Origin: an uncultured delta proteobacterium
GTDB taxonomy: Bacteria > Desulfobacterota > RBG-13-43-22
Direction: 5' to 3'
NCBI GenBank assembly: GCA_963711835.1
Contig: CAVQFQ010000015.1
Location: forward strand, 108,408-172,407
Length of the DNA: 64,000 nt
The notes under the pieces are model-generated. The model did no database searches. It had not been told where the DNA came from and saw only the letters and a list, made by a program, of their open reading frames with translations. Made by a program: the position numbers and the translations under genes. Positions 10,633 to 20,710 of the stretch are shown one piece after another (the stretch's first letter is position 1; each line of letters opens with the position of its first letter).

Positions 10633-11676
10633 ATGCGCTGCGGTGACTTTAAACAAACCTATATTGAGGACGATGCCATCTTCCAGTCCTTTTTCGTCAA
10701 GGTCTTCCTGGCCCTCTTATTCGTTTTCCTCCTGGTCTTTCCTTTTATCGCCAATGCCTACCTGTTGTACATGGCCAACATGATCGGTTTTGCCGTTATC
10801 GGGGCCGTGGGGTTAAATCTACTTACCGGCTTTACCGGACAGATCTCTCTGGGGCACTCGGCCTTTATCGGGGTCGGTGCCTATACCTCGGCCATATTGA
10901 TCACCAAACTGGGCTTTTCCTTCTGGCTGTCGCTTCCCTTAGCCGGGCTGGTCTCAGCCCTGGCGGGACTGATCATCGGGCTTCCCTCACTAAGGGTCAA
11001 AGGGCTCTACCTGTGCATCGCCACCCTGGCCTCGCAGTTTATCCTTGAATTTATCTTCGTCCACTGGGAATCCATGACCAAAGGCATTACCGGCATCCAT
11101 ATACCCCCACCCCAGATCGGGAGTTATATCTTTTCTACGGAAAAAAAATTTTACTGGATCACTCTCTTCTTTAGTGTCCTGGCCGTAGCCTATGCCCGGA
11201 ACCTGGTGCGCTCCCGCATGGGCCGGGCCTTTGTGGCCATCCGGGATCGGGATTTATCGGCGGAAATCATAGGGATTAACCTGCTGCGATACAAATTGAG
11301 CGCTTTTGCCATCAGCTCCTTTTACGCAGGTGTGGCCGGCGCTCTCTGGGTCAGCTTCCTTAAGGTCGTGACGCCGGAACATTTTCCCTTCATCCTGAGC
11401 ATTCAGTTTCTGGCCATGGTTATTATCGGGGGTCTGGGAAGTATTCTGGGATCAATTTTTGGAGCGGTTTTTATGACCATCGTTCCGGAATTCCTGAGTT
11501 TCATCGCCGGGGTGGTAAAAATGCAGGCCCCGGGTTATGAAATGATCTTCATTCCGATGAAGGATGTGGTCTTCGGCGGGTTGATCATCGTCTTTCTGAT
11601 TTTTGAACCCCATGGCCTGGCGGAACTCTGGAACCGATTCAAAAGCTTTTTTCGACTTTGGCCGTTTTCTTATTAG
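10633..11676 (+). CDS. livM: Branched-chain amino acid-type ABC permease
   Basis: GLNLLTGFTGQISLGHSAF, GRAFVAIRD, IIGGLGS. Confidence 0.9.
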   Translation: MRCGDFKQTYIEDDAIFQSFFVKVFLALLFVFLLVFPFIANAYLLYMANMIGFAVIGAVGLNLLTGFTGQISLGHSAFIGVGAYTSAILITKLGFSFWLSLPLAGLVSALAGLIIGLPSLRVKGLYLCIATLASQFILEFIFVHWESMTKGITGIHIPPPQIGSYIFSTEKKFYWITLFFSVLAVAYARNLVRSRMGRAFVAIRDRDLSAEIIGINLLRYKLSAFAISSFYAGVAGALWVSFLKVVTPEHFPFILSIQFLAMVIIGGLGSILGSIFGAVFMTIVPEFLSFIAGVVKMQAPGYEMIFIPMKDVVFGGLIIVFLIFEPHGLAELWNRFKSFFRLWPFSY

Positions 11677-11816
11677 GGATGACCGCCATTTCCCAATTCC
11701 CCCCACAGAGGGGGGGCGGGGTGGGGGTACGAAAGGGGGGATTCAAGGGATCCTGGTTTATCTGTCATTCTGAAGAGAACAACTATTATTAATTAAATTA
11801 GGAGGGGGTATTTGTT

Positions 11817-12987
11817 ATGAAGAAAGCCTTAATAGTCGTCATGATGATGGTGATGTTCCTGGGCGTTTATCAAATCAGCCAGGCCCAGCAAACCTACACC
11901 CTGGGGGCGGTCCATCCTTTCACCGGTCGGTTTGCCTTTGCCGGCATTCACGGACAGGATGCTATGAAGGATGCCGTTGACATGGCCAACGAGGCCGGGG
12001 GCATCAACGGCAAGAAACTGCAGTATTTCTGGAAGGACGGCGAATACAAGGATGACGTGGGCATTGCGGCCTTTAAAAGCCTCTATACCCAGTACAAGCC
12101 CCAGATCATGTGGGGCCAGAGTACCGGTATGACCAAGGCCCTGGGGCCGGAAATCAAGGATCGCTACAAGGTACTCTACTCGGCCTACACCTTCACCGAC
12201 GTAGCGGCCAACCCCAAAGAAAATCCCTATATGTTTATTCCCGGTCCGACTTATGCCGAACAATTCGCCGTGCTGCTCAATTACATCGCCAAACAAAAAC
12301 CCGGAGCCAACGTGGCCTTTTTTTACGGCGACTACGAATTCGGCCGGGAGCCCATACCCTTCGCCCGGGAGTACGCCAAGAAATTAGGTTTGAAAGTAGT
12401 GGCTGAGGAGGTGAGTCAAGGCGGGCGGGGTGGACGTGACCACCAATATCCTGAACATGAAACAGAAAAACGTGGAATTCTGTATTTTCCAGGGTTATAT
12501 CGCTGATCCCATCCAGAACGTCATTAAACAGTCCAAGGATTACGGGTTGAAATGCCAGTTCATGGGCACCTTCTGGTCCACGGAGAAACAACTGCTCGAC
12601 CTGCTGGGTCCCCTGGCCGATGAGTACATCGGGGTGACCGCCTATTCTTTCTACTATCAGGATCAGTATCCGATGATCAAAAAAATCCGGGAATGGAATC
12701 AAAAGCACAACCCTAAACACGCGGAATTCCGCACCCAGGCCTATATGCAGGTCTTCATGGGCACTACCCTGATGATCGAGGCCCTCAAGCGGGCCGACAA
12801 GGCCGGCCCGGTGACCGGCGACAGCCTGGTCAAAGCCCTGCAGTCGATCAAAAATTTTGATGTGGGCGGATTGATGCCGCCGGTGACCATCAAAGGCAAC
12901 AGCATCCCGGTGGGCCGGGTGGTCCGGGGGAATTCCAAGACCGGGAAGTTCGACCCGATTACGGACTGGATTAGTCTGGATTTGTAA
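11817..12987 (+). CDS. ABC transporter substrate-binding protein (LivJ/K-like); frameshift near 12420
   Basis: Signal peptide, NEAGGINGKKL; continues in ORF 12430-12987. Confidence 0.85.
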
Positions 12988-12993
12988 GAGTCG

Positions 12994-13070
12994 TAAGGCA
13001 TAAGGCGTCAGGCGCAAGGCGTGGGGAAAGCTTTTCTTTGGTTTTCCTTGCGCCTTGCACCCTGCGCCTT
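12994..13070. repeat. Inverted AAGGCG-type heptamer-repeat hairpin
   Basis: TAAGGCA TAAGGCG TCAGGCG CAAGGCG ... CCTTG CGCCTTG CACCCTG CGCCTT. Confidence 0.75.
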
Positions 13071-13094
13071 CTTGCCCCGAACACTCAGATTTTT

Positions 13095-15018
13095 ATGACA
13101 AGTACGGCCATCCATATTAACACGCTCCCCGGCTTGCTGAAACGCAATGCCCGGGAATTCGGGTCATTGAAAGTGGCCCTGCGTGAAAAAGAGTTCGGGA
13201 TCTGGCAGTCCGTCTCCTGGCAGGAGTACTACGATCGCATTCGTTATCTGGCCTTGGGCTTATTGGAATTGGGCTATGAGACCGGAGACAAGCTTTCGGT
13301 CATAGGCGACAACCGCCCCGAATGGCTTTACTCAGAGCTGGCCATCCAGGCCCTCGGCGGGGCCGTGGTCGGCATCTATCCCGACAGCCACCTGGAGCAG
13401 GTCCAGTACATCATCGACCAATCCGACTCGGTCTTTGTCATGGTCGAAGACCAGGAACAGACGGACAAGATCCTGAACATGATTGACGACATCCCCAAGA
13501 TCAAAAAAGTTATCGTCGATGACCTGAAGGGGATGCGCAGTTACCAACATCCCCTGCTCATTCCCTTCAAACAGGTTATGGAGATGGGCCGGGAGGCGGA
13601 CCAAAAGGATCCCCGGCTTTTTGATCAACTTCTGGATAGGGTCGGCCCGGAAGACGTGGCCATGATCCTCTATACCTCGGGGACGACCGGCATGCCCAAA
13701 GGGGTCATGCTGACCCATCTGAATATGATTAAAATGATCGAAAATTTCGACCAGGTGGATCCGGCCTATCCCACCGACAACCACGTATCCTTCCTGCCCT
13801 TGCCCTGGGTGGGAGAACAGGCTACTGCGGTGGCCTGGAATCTCTATAAGGGTGTGACCATCAATTTCCCGGAAAAGGTGGAAACGGTTTCGCAGGACAT
13901 CCGGGATATTGGGCCCAATCTCCTGCTGGCCCCTCCCCGCCACTGGGAAAAGATGTGTTCCGACATCCAGGTTAAAATACAGGATGCGACCTGGATCAAA
14001 CGCTTCCTCTATAAAATCTGTATGCCGGTTGGCTACCGGATGGCCGAATTCCGCCTGAAAGGGAAATCCTCTGGGCCCCTTTATTCTTTGCTGGACAAGC
14101 TCTGTTACTTGCTCCTGTTCCGCTCGCTGAAGAATTACCTGGGCCTGACCAACTTACGGAATGTCTATACCGGCGGTGCTCCCATCGGGCCGGAGGTCTT
14201 TAATTTCTTTATGGCCCTGGGCATCAACATCAAGCAGCTTTACGGGCAAACCGAAGTCACCGGACTGGCCGTAGGCCATCGCAATGAAAGCGTCAAATTG
14301 AATACCGTCGGTTCGCCCATGCCGGAAGTGGAACTCAAGATCTCGGATGCCGGGGAGATCCTGATCAAGGGGCCGACGGTTTTCAAGGGCTACTATAAAA
14401 ATGAAGAGGCCACCCGGAAGACTATCGACTCCGAAGGCTGGGTACACACCGGCGATGAGGGGATCTTGGATGAGGACGGTCAGATTGATCATGATCGACC
14501 GGCAGAAGGACGTCATGCGCCTGGGCGACGGCAGCAAGTTTTCCCCCCAGCTTATTGAGAACAAGCTGAAATTCAGCCCTTATATCAACGAAGCCATGGT
14601 GGTGGGCAAAGACCGTCCCTATATCGCGGCCATGATCATCATGGATATGGGCAATATGGGCAAATGGGCCGAAAACAACAAACTGACCTATACGACCTTT
14701 ACCGATCTCTCCCAGAAACCCGAGGTCTACGAACTGATCGCCGGGGAGATCCAGCAGATCAACCGTTCTCTGCCGAAAATAGCCCGGGTCAAGCGTTTTG
14801 TCATGATGTATAAAGAACTCGATGCTGATGATGATGAAATGACCCGAACCCGTAAGTTGCGCCGGGGATTCGTGGCCGAACGGTATGCCGTCCTTCTGGA
14901 GGCCCTCTACGGCGACCAGGAAGAATTGCCGGTGGAATCCGATATCCGCTATCAGGACGGGACCGGGTTCCGCATGAAGACCCGGGTTCGGATTAAAGAG
15001 GTAAAAGACCAGGGATGA
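13095..15018 (+). CDS. Long-chain fatty acid-CoA ligase (AMP-binding); frameshift near 14485
   Basis: YTSGTTGMPKG, YGQTE, GWVHTGD; C-terminal part IDRQKD...TRTRKLRR in ORF 14401-15018. Confidence 0.88.
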
Positions 15019-15839
15019 AGCCCACCGGAACCGTCTATAGCTCCGAGGAATATCAGTTGATCCTGGAAGATCTTTTCTTGACCTTTGGAGGGATCAACGC
15101 CCTTTCCGGGGTCACCACCGGGGTGAAGCAGGGCGAGATCTTTGCCATTATCGGTCCCAATGGGGCCGGAAAGACCTGCCTGTTGAACTGTATCAACCGT
15201 TTTTACCACCCGGAAGAAGGCCGGATCTTTTTTGAGGGCCGCGACATTACCCGGATCAAACCTCATAAAATAGCCGGGTTGGGCATCGCCCGGACCTTTC
15301 AGAACGTGGAACTCTTCGGCCACATGACCGTTCTGGACAACATCAAATTGGGCCGCCATATCCATTTAAAATCAGGATTTCTCTCGGGAGGGATTTATTA
15401 CGGAAAAACCCGCCGGGAAGAATTGATCCTGCGCAAGGAAATCGAAGAGACGATCATTGATCTTTTGGAGATCGAGGCCATCCGGAAGCATACCGTCCAT
15501 ACCCTGCCCTACGGACTTCAGAAACGGGTGGAACTGGCCCGGGCCCTGGCCATGAAGCCCAAACTCCTCTTACTGGACGAACCGGCCACCGGGATGAACC
15601 TGGAGGAAACCGAGGATATGGCCCGCTTCATCCTGGATATCAATGAGGAATGGGGCGTGACCATCATCCTGATCGAACACGATATGGGCATGGTCATGGA
15701 CATCAGCGACCGGATCTGCGTCCTGGATTTCGGCCGGAAAATCGCCGAAGGGAAGCCGGAGGAAGTCCGGCACAACCCGGAGGTCATCCAGGCCTATCTG
15801 GGAGAAGAGACCCTGGCCTATTCACGGCTGGGAGCATAA
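15015..15839 (+). CDS. livG: ABC ATP-binding protein
   Basis: GPNGAGKT, GIARTFQN, LPYGLQKRVE, LLLDEP. Confidence 0.9.
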   Translation: MKPTGTVYSSEEYQLILEDLFLTFGGINALSGVTTGVKQGEIFAIIGPNGAGKTCLLNCINRFYHPEEGRIFFEGRDITRIKPHKIAGLGIARTFQNVELFGHMTVLDNIKLGRHIHLKSGFLSGGIYYGKTRREELILRKEIEETIIDLLEIEAIRKHTVHTLPYGLQKRVELARALAMKPKLLLLDEPATGMNLEETEDMARFILDINEEWGVTIILIEHDMGMVMDISDRICVLDFGRKIAEGKPEEVRHNPEVIQAYLGEETLAYSRLGA

Positions 15840-15840
15840 T

Positions 15841-15908
15841 TAGCTCATAGCTCACAGCTCATAGCAAAAAAGCCTTTCCTTTCAGCTATGAGCTATCAGC
15901 TAAGAGCT
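15841..15908. repeat. Inverted TAGCTCA heptamer-repeat hairpin
   Basis: TAGCTCA TAGCTCA CAGCTCA TAGC ... TCAGCTA TGAGCTA TCAGCTA AGAGCT. Confidence 0.8.
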
Positions 15909-15917
15909 GGCGAAGCC

Positions 15918-16718
15918 ATGGAACCCTTATTAATCGTCAATAACATCGAAGTCATTTACCACAACGTCATCCTGGTGCTGAAGGGCATGTCCCTGCAGGT
16001 TGGGGAAGGGCAGATCGTCACCATCCTGGGCAGCAACGGGGCGGGGAAGACCACCACCCTCAAGGCCATTTCCGGCCTGCTCAAGTCGGAAGACGGGGAA
16101 GTGACCGACGGCTCCATCACCTTCCGGGGCCAGCGAATTGACCGACTCTACCCGGAAAAGATCGTCCGATTGGGTATTTTCCAGGTCATGGAAGGCCGGC
16201 GGGTCTTCGTCGATCTGACGGTCGAGGAAAATCTGATTGCCGGAGGGCATACCAATAAAAATTCCAAGAAGATGAAGGAAGACCTGGAGATGGTCTATGC
16301 CTATTTCCCCCGTTTGAAACAACGGAAGGGCGTCCTGGCCGGTTATATCAGCGGTGGAGAGCAGCAGATGCTGGTCATCGGCCGCTGCCTGATGGCCAGC
16401 CCCAAACTAATGCTCCTGGATGAACCTTCCATGGGTCTGGCCCCGCTCCTGGTGGCCGAGATCTTTGAAATCATCAGACGGATCAACCAGGAGCGGGGCG
16501 TGACCATCCTCCTGGTGGAGCAGAATGCCCGGTTGGCCCTCAATATCGCCCATCACGGCTATGTCATGGAAACCGGCCGGATCGTGCTGGATGATACCGT
16601 GGACAAGCTCCGGGAAAATGCCGACATCAAGGAATTCTATCTAGGTCTGACCGATGTGGGCAAGAAAAGCTACCGGGACGTCAAACACTACAAACGCCGT
16701 AAACGCTGGCTGGCTTAG
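15918..16718 (+). CDS. livF: ABC ATP-binding protein
   Basis: GSNGAGKTT, SGGEQQML, LLDEPSMGLAP, C-terminal HYKRRKRWL. Confidence 0.9.
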   Translation: MEPLLIVNNIEVIYHNVILVLKGMSLQVGEGQIVTILGSNGAGKTTTLKAISGLLKSEDGEVTDGSITFRGQRIDRLYPEKIVRLGIFQVMEGRRVFVDLTVEENLIAGGHTNKNSKKMKEDLEMVYAYFPRLKQRKGVLAGYISGGEQQMLVIGRCLMASPKLMLLDEPSMGLAPLLVAEIFEIIRRINQERGVTILLVEQNARLALNIAHHGYVMETGRIVLDDTVDKLRENADIKEFYLGLTDVGKKSYRDVKHYKRRKRWLA

Positions 16719-16742
16719 CCCGATACCGGATACCGGAAAAAA

Positions 16743-17678
16743 TCACGTGTCAACGCTTTTGAATCTGTCGGCATTAAACAAAATTACCCTATTCCTCCCC
16801 CCTGTCTTGGCCTGATAGAGGGCCTGGTCTGCAGCGGCCACCAGAATATTGGCCTCTTTGATCCCGGGTGAAGGGTAGAAAGAAATCCCGAAGCTGGCCG
16901 TGACGTGAATTGAAGAATCGCCAATCAAAAAAGCGGTCGAGGCGATTTCATTTCTAAGACGATCACACACCAATAGGGCGGCTTCCACTTCGGTCTGCAA
17001 CAAGACCAGGGCAAACTCCTCCCCTCCATACCTGGCCGCCAGGTCGCTTTCCCGAATCCTCTTCTTTAACATAAGGGCCATCTCTTTAAGAATCATGTCC
17101 CCGGCCTGATGCCCATAGGTATCATTGACCTTTTTAAAAAAATCAAGATCCAGGATGATACAAGAAAGGATACCGCCGTACCGCCTTATCCGATCCATTT
17201 CACGATTGAGGTATTCATGAAAGAAACGATGATTATAAAGATTGGTCAGTCCATCCCGATTGGCCAGGTCCTGAAGTTGAAGGTTTTTTTCCTGCAGGGC
17301 CTCATAGAGTTCTTTCATCCTCAGCTGGGTGTTGACCCGGGCCATCAGTTCTCCGGCATCAAAGGGCTTGGTGACATAATCGACCGCACCCAATTCCAAC
17401 CCCCTGACCTTATCAGCCGGCTCCGCTTTGGAGGTGAGCATAATCACCGGGATATCCCGGATGGAGTCCATATTTTTCAGACGCCGGCAGACTTCATAGC
17501 CGTCCAGACCGGGCAGGATGACATCCAGGAGGATTAAATCGGGATGATCCCGCAAGGCAATCTCCAGACCCAACTCTCCCGAATCAGCAGTCATGACCTC
17601 ATGCCCGTTGGTGAGCAGGATCCTTTTCCCGTATTCGGTGATTAAACGGCTGTCATCAATCAAAAGTATTTTGCTCAT
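16743..17678 (-). CDS. Response regulator diguanylate cyclase (REC-GGDEF, WspR/PleD-like)
   Basis: REC (ILLIDDS, DLILLDV, KPF); RESD I-site followed by RYGGEEF. Confidence 0.92.
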   Translation of the reverse strand: MSKILLIDDSRLITEYGKRILLTNGHEVMTADSGELGLEIALRDHPDLILLDVILPGLDGYEVCRRLKNMDSIRDIPVIMLTSKAEPADKVRGLELGAVDYVTKPFDAGELMARVNTQLRMKELYEALQEKNLQLQDLANRDGLTNLYNHRFFHEYLNREMDRIRRYGGILSCIILDLDFFKKVNDTYGHQAGDMILKEMALMLKKRIRESDLAARYGGEEFALVLLQTEVEAALLVCDRLRNEIASTAFLIGDSSIHVTASFGISFYPSPGIKEANILVAAADQALYQAKTGGRNRVILFNADRFKSVDT

Positions 17679-17706
17679 GACCTCACAACCCTCTGCCATA
17701 GCCGGC

Positions 17707-18762
17707 TTAAGCTGACCCAAGTAACTTCATGAGTATGGACGGTATCTTGTCCAAGGGGACAATTTCCCGGGCCGCGCCTAATTTGATGGCGGCCTGCGGC
17801 ATGCCAAAGACGGTAGAAGAAGATTGGTCCTGGACCAAGGTCTTGGCCCCCTGGTTCCGCATGGCCAGGAGGCCGCGGGCCCCATCTTCCCCCATGCCGG
17901 TCAAAAGAAGGCCGACCCCTTTTTCGGCCGCAGCCTCGGCCAGTGAGTAAAAAAGGACATCCACCGACGGACGATGATGATTAACCGGCGGGTCCTGGCT
18001 TAGACGAAGGCAGTAGCCGGACCGATCTTTGGCGACCCGTCCATGACTGTCACCGGGCACCACCAGGGCCTCTCCCATTTTTAACCGATCTTGGTCCCTG
18101 GCTTCCCGAACCGATAATGGGGATATGTGGTCGAGATGTTCTGCAAAGGCGGCCGTGAAGGGAGAAGGCATGTGCTGGACGATAACGATAGGCGGCAACA
18201 TGGCCGGGAAATGAGAAAAAAGACGGTGCAAGGCCTGGGTCCCGCCGGTGGAAGCCCCAATGCCGATAAGGTTGGGAAACGGCTGGCTCCCTACTGAAAG
18301 CAAAGGGTGGAAAGAAGGCCTTCCTTGAAATGGGGGAAGGGGTTCGGTAAGGGGAAGGATTTTCGCCTGAGCCGTTTCCTTGACCTTTCTTAGATACCGG
18401 TCGGGGAAGGTGTCCCTTTCTTCTTGGTCGCCCGGCTTTGGCTTGGGAATGAAATCCACGGCGCCTGAAGAAAGGGCCTGAATGGTTGTCTGGCAATTTT
18501 CTCGGGTATAGGCGCTGACCATAATCACCGGCATGGGGCGGGAGGCCATGACCTCTTTTAAAAAAGTGAGCCCGTCCATCCCGGGCATTTCCACATCAAG
18601 GGTCATGACATCGGGCCGGACCTTTTGGAGGATGGCTCCGGCCTCGTAAGCGTCCTGGGCGGTTGAGATCTGAGCAATCTCCGGATCCGACGAAAGGATC
18701 CGGGCCAGCCACTGCCGCATCAGGGATGAATCGTCAACGATCAGGACATGTATTTTTTTCAC
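17707..18762 (-). CDS. cheB: Chemotaxis methylesterase
   Basis: REC domain plus GASTGG, VQHMP, RPSVDVLF, LTGMGEDGA. Confidence 0.95.
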   Translation of the reverse strand: MKKIHVLIVDDSSLMRQWLARILSSDPEIAQISTAQDAYEAGAILQKVRPDVMTLDVEMPGMDGLTFLKEVMASRPMPVIMVSAYTRENCQTTIQALSSGAVDFIPKPKPGDQEERDTFPDRYLRKVKETAQAKILPLTEPLPPFQGRPSFHPLLSVGSQPFPNLIGIGASTGGTQALHRLFSHFPAMLPPIVIVQHMPSPFTAAFAEHLDHISPLSVREARDQDRLKMGEALVVPGDSHGRVAKDRSGYCLRLSQDPPVNHHRPSVDVLFYSLAEAAAEKGVGLLLTGMGEDGARGLLAMRNQGAKTLVQDQSSSTVFGMPQAAIKLGAAREIVPLDKIPSILMKLLGSA

Positions 18763-18783
18763 GCCATCTCCTCTATCAACCTC

Positions 18784-19365
18784 TTAAAATAATGTAAGTG
18801 ACGGAGGTTCGACCCTTCTCTGGAACAACCGGCTTTTATATTTTCCTTCCCCCTGGAGAAGCTCTTGGGGTAAGGAAGGAAGACGTTTTAAGAGGATACG
18901 TCCTTCCGGGATAAAGAGATAGATTTTTCTGGCCCAGGATCCGCCTACATCTTCTTTGATCAAAGGGATATTCTCCAACTCAAAAAACTTCCGGACAAAG
19001 CGGATGTTGGAATCGGGGATATTACCGTCCGAATGACGAAAGTTGAGCACCTGGCCGCCTCCGAAGCATTTCGCTTTGAGGGTCTTCCGATCCCCTCCTT
19101 TTTTAATGATTTCCCCGATCAGCAGTTCCATGGCAAAAAGACCATAGCGGCCGATTTCATTTAAGAGGATATCTTCCGGGGATATGATCCCGGGAAGCAT
19201 AAAGTGGTTCAAACCCCCGATCCGGGTCTTTTCGTCGAAGAGACAGACGGCGATGCAGGATCCCACCAAGGTTCCGATGATCTCCGGCTGATTGGCGGCA
19301 TAATATTCCCCCGGACCAAGGGTGCAAACCGGGAGATTGAATTTGGAACTAAATCCTTGGCGCAT
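18784..19365 (-). CDS. cheD: Chemoreceptor glutamine deamidase
   Basis: TLVGSCIAVCL, GGLNHFMLP, AKCFGGG. Confidence 0.92.
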   Translation of the reverse strand: MRQGFSSKFNLPVCTLGPGEYYAANQPEIIGTLVGSCIAVCLFDEKTRIGGLNHFMLPGIISPEDILLNEIGRYGLFAMELLIGEIIKKGGDRKTLKAKCFGGGQVLNFRHSDGNIPDSNIRFVRKFFELENIPLIKEDVGGSWARKIYLFIPEGRILLKRLPSLPQELLQGEGKYKSRLFQRRVEPPSLTLF

Positions 19366-19379
19366 GATCGGTAAAAGGG

Positions 19380-20225
19380 TCAGGGTATCCTTTGATAAAC
19401 TGTTTTCCCAAGAGGTTTGAAGAGTTCTTTCAGCTCCAAAAGGTTTTCGCTGTGGCCAAGAAAAAGAAGCCCTGATGGCCGGAGGTTTTGATAAAAAAAA
19501 TGCGCTACCTTTTCTCGAACCAGCGGCTGAAAATAGATCAGGACGTTTCGACAGAAGATGATCTCAAAAGGTCCCCGGCGGACAGCCGCCGGCCGGTGCA
19601 GGTTGAAGGATTCAAAGGCAATCTGTTTTTGAAGGGAGGGACGAATTTTGATTAGACCGGCCTGTTCCTGGATCCCCTTTAAAAAAAAAGATTTTAAAAA
19701 ATCGGTTGGGATCGACTGGGCGGTTTTGGCAGGATAGACCCCCTTTCGGGCTTTGTGAAGGGCCTCCTGATCGATGTCGGTGGCCCAGATATTAAACCAT
19801 AGAGAGGGGCGATTCCTGGCAAAATCGGACAGGGTCATGGCCAAGGAATAGGCCTCTTCTCCGGTGGCGCAACCGGCGCTCCAGAGGGAGAGCTTCCGGA
19901 TAAAGGATCCGGACTCGGTCCAGGTGGGAAGGTAGCTCCGGGTCAGAAATTCAAAATGATGCTTTTCTCTGAAAAAGCGGGTCTCATTGGTGGTAATGCG
20001 GTTGATTAACTGACCTACTTCACGGCCGTGGGTGGCCGGGTCGGTCAGGACCTCCAGGTATTCGTTAAAATTGGTGCATCCCAAGGCCTTTAAGCGGGGA
20101 GTCAACCGGGAGACCAAAAAGACTTTTTTGAAATCGGAGAGTTTAATCCCTGCTTCACGAGAAATCAGTTCTTGTAAGATCTTAAAGGCCTTATGGCTGA
20201 TGGTTAAAGGGGCAGACAGGGGCAT
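19380..20225 (-). CDS. cheR: Chemotaxis methyltransferase
   Basis: TTNETRFFRE, WSAGCATGEEAYS, IFCRNVLIYF, LGHSE. Confidence 0.95.
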   Translation of the reverse strand: MPLSAPLTISHKAFKILQELISREAGIKLSDFKKVFLVSRLTPRLKALGCTNFNEYLEVLTDPATHGREVGQLINRITTNETRFFREKHHFEFLTRSYLPTWTESGSFIRKLSLWSAGCATGEEAYSLAMTLSDFARNRPSLWFNIWATDIDQEALHKARKGVYPAKTAQSIPTDFLKSFFLKGIQEQAGLIKIRPSLQKQIAFESFNLHRPAAVRRGPFEIIFCRNVLIYFQPLVREKVAHFFYQNLRPSGLLFLGHSENLLELKELFKPLGKTVYQRIP

Positions 20226-20236
20226 CGTTATTAGGG

Positions 20237-20692
20237 CTAACCGGTTTTATCCAGGGCTTCGATTTCCTCGTCACTCAGGAGCCGATCGGCATCCAGAAGA
20301 ATGACCAACCCGGATTCCTTGGTCCCGATCCCTTTGATATAAGCGCTCTGGATGGGGGTTGAAAATGCGGGCGGAGCCTGGATTTCCTCGGCGGTCAGAT
20401 CCAAGACGTCGTGGGCTGCATCCACAAGGAGGCCCATCAATCTCCCGGCTAATTCCACGATGATAATAACGGTATGGGGATCATTTTCCCTCGGAGGCAG
20501 ATCGAATTTTTTACGGGGATCAAAGACCGGTATGATCACTCCCCTCAGGTTCAAGATCCCTTTAATAAATTCTCCCAGGCGGGGAACCCGGGTCAAAGGA
20601 CGATAGGCGATGATCTCCTTGACTTTCAATAATTCCAAGGCGTATTCCTCATGATCCAGAAAAAAAGTGATGTATTGGAGGGTTTCGGCCAT
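20237..20692 (-). CDS. cheW: Chemotaxis coupling protein
   Basis: GILNLRGVIIPV, GLLVDA. Confidence 0.92.
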   Translation of the reverse strand: MAETLQYITFFLDHEEYALELLKVKEIIAYRPLTRVPRLGEFIKGILNLRGVIIPVFDPRKKFDLPPRENDPHTVIIIVELAGRLMGLLVDAAHDVLDLTAEEIQAPPAFSTPIQSAYIKGIGTKESGLVILLDADRLLSDEEIEALDKTG

Positions 20693-20710
20693 GCCCCGGC
20701 TCCTTTCAGA

